Assembly: GCF_009834535.1 (NCBI RefSeq)
Contig: NC_045697.1
Coordinates: forward strand, 61,010,001 to 61,074,000
DNA from: Camelus ferus
Taxonomy: Eukaryota
DNA: 64,000 nt
Reading direction: 5' to 3'
Shown: positions 63,721-64,000 of the stretch, piece by piece
Numbering within the stretch: position 1 is the stretch's first letter
How the letters are laid out: each line of letters starts with the position of its first letter
Notes under the pieces: generated by a model
What the model saw: only the letters and a program-made list of their open reading frames with translations
The model's database searches: none
Told to the model about the DNA's origin: nothing
Translations under genes and position numbers: made by a program

Positions 63721-64000
63721 GTTAGAAAGAAAGAAGTTAAGCAGCTTATAACCCCTCAATCCAATATTAAACTTCCTAGAGCAAGATTTAAAGGGTAGTT
63801 ATTAAAAGAGAGGGTATTTTTGTGAAAAAAATATTGTATGTTACAGAATTGTATGTATATATGAATAAAATAAATACATATAATTTATAATTAGATAGTT
63901 AATATAAATATATATTTGACAGTTATATATAAATATATATATATGGAGAACAATAAAACAGAAAAAAAGCAGAAAAAAGAGGAAATGCAGTATTAGGAAA

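Noticed and set aside
1..64000. The ~130 short ORFs in the six-frame track as genes
   Set aside because: They are 60-145 aa, many with non-ATG starts, low-complexity or inside repeats. Only L1 ORF2 remnants are recognisable. Unspliced ORF calling is inappropriate for mammalian DNA.
1..64000. LTR orientation bias (about 11 minus vs 5 plus) and excess T-runs as proof of a plus-strand host gene
   Set aside because: Too few elements (two-sided binomial p about 0.2) and L1 orientations are roughly balanced; suggestive only.

Overview
AT-rich, CpG-poor, repeat-dense mammalian genomic DNA, either gene desert or a very large intron. A tRNA-Ala-like SINE of the Vic-1 type, artiodactyl-style L1 3' UTRs, and the absence of Alu, B1, Bov-tA, PRE1 and Can-SINE point to a camelid. 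I cannot support any intact protein-coding gene: the ORF track is almost all chance ORFs, and the only recognisable peptides are dead LINE-1 ORF2 fragments. The window holds young L1s with target-site duplications (TSDs), old L1M/L2/MIR relics, many solo LTRs and hAT MITEs. I found no convincing novel biological system. The best leads are a TSD-flanked chimeric retro-insertion joining a young L1 3' UTR to an ancient L1M 3' end, two twin-primed inverted L1s with ~1 kb internal losses, a candidate 24-nt microexon beside a repeat-free CNE-like block, a recursive-splice-site-like motif, and an unexplained diverged direct repeat near the window end. Repeat subfamily names come from recalled consensus sequences and need RepeatMasker/Dfam confirmation; boundaries without TSDs are approximate.
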